Below, one piece after another: positions 63,038 through 64,000 of a stretch of 64,000 nucleotides of DNA. The DNA is from Geosiphon pyriformis uo1. Its lineage: Eukaryota > Fungi > Glomeromycota. Location: assembly GCA_016748015.1 (NCBI GenBank), contig JAAOMT010000653.1, forward strand, positions 1 through 64,000, written 5' to 3'. How positions within the stretch are numbered: the stretch's first letter is position 1; the number at the start of each line of letters is the position of its first letter. The translations under genes and the position numbers were made by a program. The notes under the pieces were generated by a model. The model saw nothing but the letters and a program-made list of their open reading frames with translations, did no database searches and was not told the DNA's origin.

Positions 63038-64000
63038 AAAAAACTTCTTTCTCTCGTTCATCCCAAATTCCCAAAAAGAGCCAAAATAATTTTTTGAAAG
63101 AAGTTTTTTTCTGTTTTTCATTATTTAGTATGCTAATTTCAAACTATTTGTGCTTGATTACAAGGCCACTGTTGGCCCTAGTATTGCAGTTATAAACAAG
63201 TCTATTATGGAGCTTAGCTTTAACATTGGTGTCAAGTCTGCTGAGTCCAGAAAGAAGAAAAGAGGTGGTGCTTTAGAGAATAATATTGGTAATAGAAAAT
63301 TTGCTGCTGTTAAGATATCAAATGGTTATTCTTAAGATTCTAAAACCAGTAATATTACTGAATCTAATAGTGTGGATATAAAGGAGGAATGTTTAGTTAA
63401 GGAAACTAGTTTTGATCATGAAGATGGTGAAGTCTTTGCTGGAAAAAACTCAGAGCAAACATTTAAAAGTTTGAAGATTTTCACCAAGAAGATGCTTGGA
63501 AAACCACTGGGAAAAATTGACTTCTTAGATGATAATACTGATGATGTACTTTTGAACAAACCTGTGATTTTTCCTCCCTCTTTAAAGAACTTGGTCAATG
63601 TTTCTGTCAGGAAGTTTTTTGCTTTGGACATTAACTTGGATAATATTGTTGAGAAATCTGCTCAGAAAAAGCTTGTGGTTGTCAGAAAATTGTTTTCAAA
63701 AATCAATGGTTTTGGGAGAGCCTTTACCCTCTCAAAATTTGCTGGGATTGTCAAAGCAATGTTCACTTCTGAATTAAGTTTGGTGCAGACTTCTAAAAAG
63801 GCTGAAGAGGTGAAGATTTTGGTAAACTCCGATCTCAAAAAACCATCTGGACATTCAGATCTGGCTGTGGTATTAAAGGAAATTCCAATTAGTATTTCAA
63901 CTAAGGCTGTGTGTGCTGCGCTATCCAAGTTTGGCATTATTAAGTTGATCAAGATGTAATTGGTAGGGCTGTGGCAAAAAGCTGTAGTTGAATTTGAACA
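63038..64000 (+). mobile_element. LINE-6: 5' UTR and ORF1, running off the window
   Basis: Perfect 14-bp 5' inverted repeat. ORFs 63150 and 63372 are homologous to the other ORF1s (KFFALDINL, FSKINGFG, VVLKEIP). Confidence 0.92.

Overview
Eukaryotic, intron-containing, repeat-dominated fungal DNA. By inference it is an early-diverging Glomeromycotina genome; the element families resemble those I associate with Geosiphon, which is not verified. Roughly 90% of the window is nested transposable elements. These are: seven RNase H/CCHC-type LINE copies plus a fragment; one complete Ty3/Gypsy LTR element (A, 4986-14977) carrying a dUTPase, a Cys-rich domain and a third ORF; a young but mis-assembled Ty3/Gypsy element (B) containing a Nextera adapter; a solo LTR; several AT-eroded Ty3 fossils; a pogo-like remnant; and a hAT element with an inverted duplication. 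One CpG-retaining island (about 41940-47620) holds three host genes: an HLJ1/DNAJB12-like J-protein, a small basic protein with an STGSYGW domain, and a coilin homolog. The most striking unexplained signal is translational. Both Ty3 families appear to start Gag at a GUG in strong context, followed by a long AUG-free extension (327 codons in element A) upstream of a conventional AUG. The LINEs share a 5' terminal hairpin, a GTG upstream of ORF1, an ATGA stop/start overlap and a 3' UTR palindrome.
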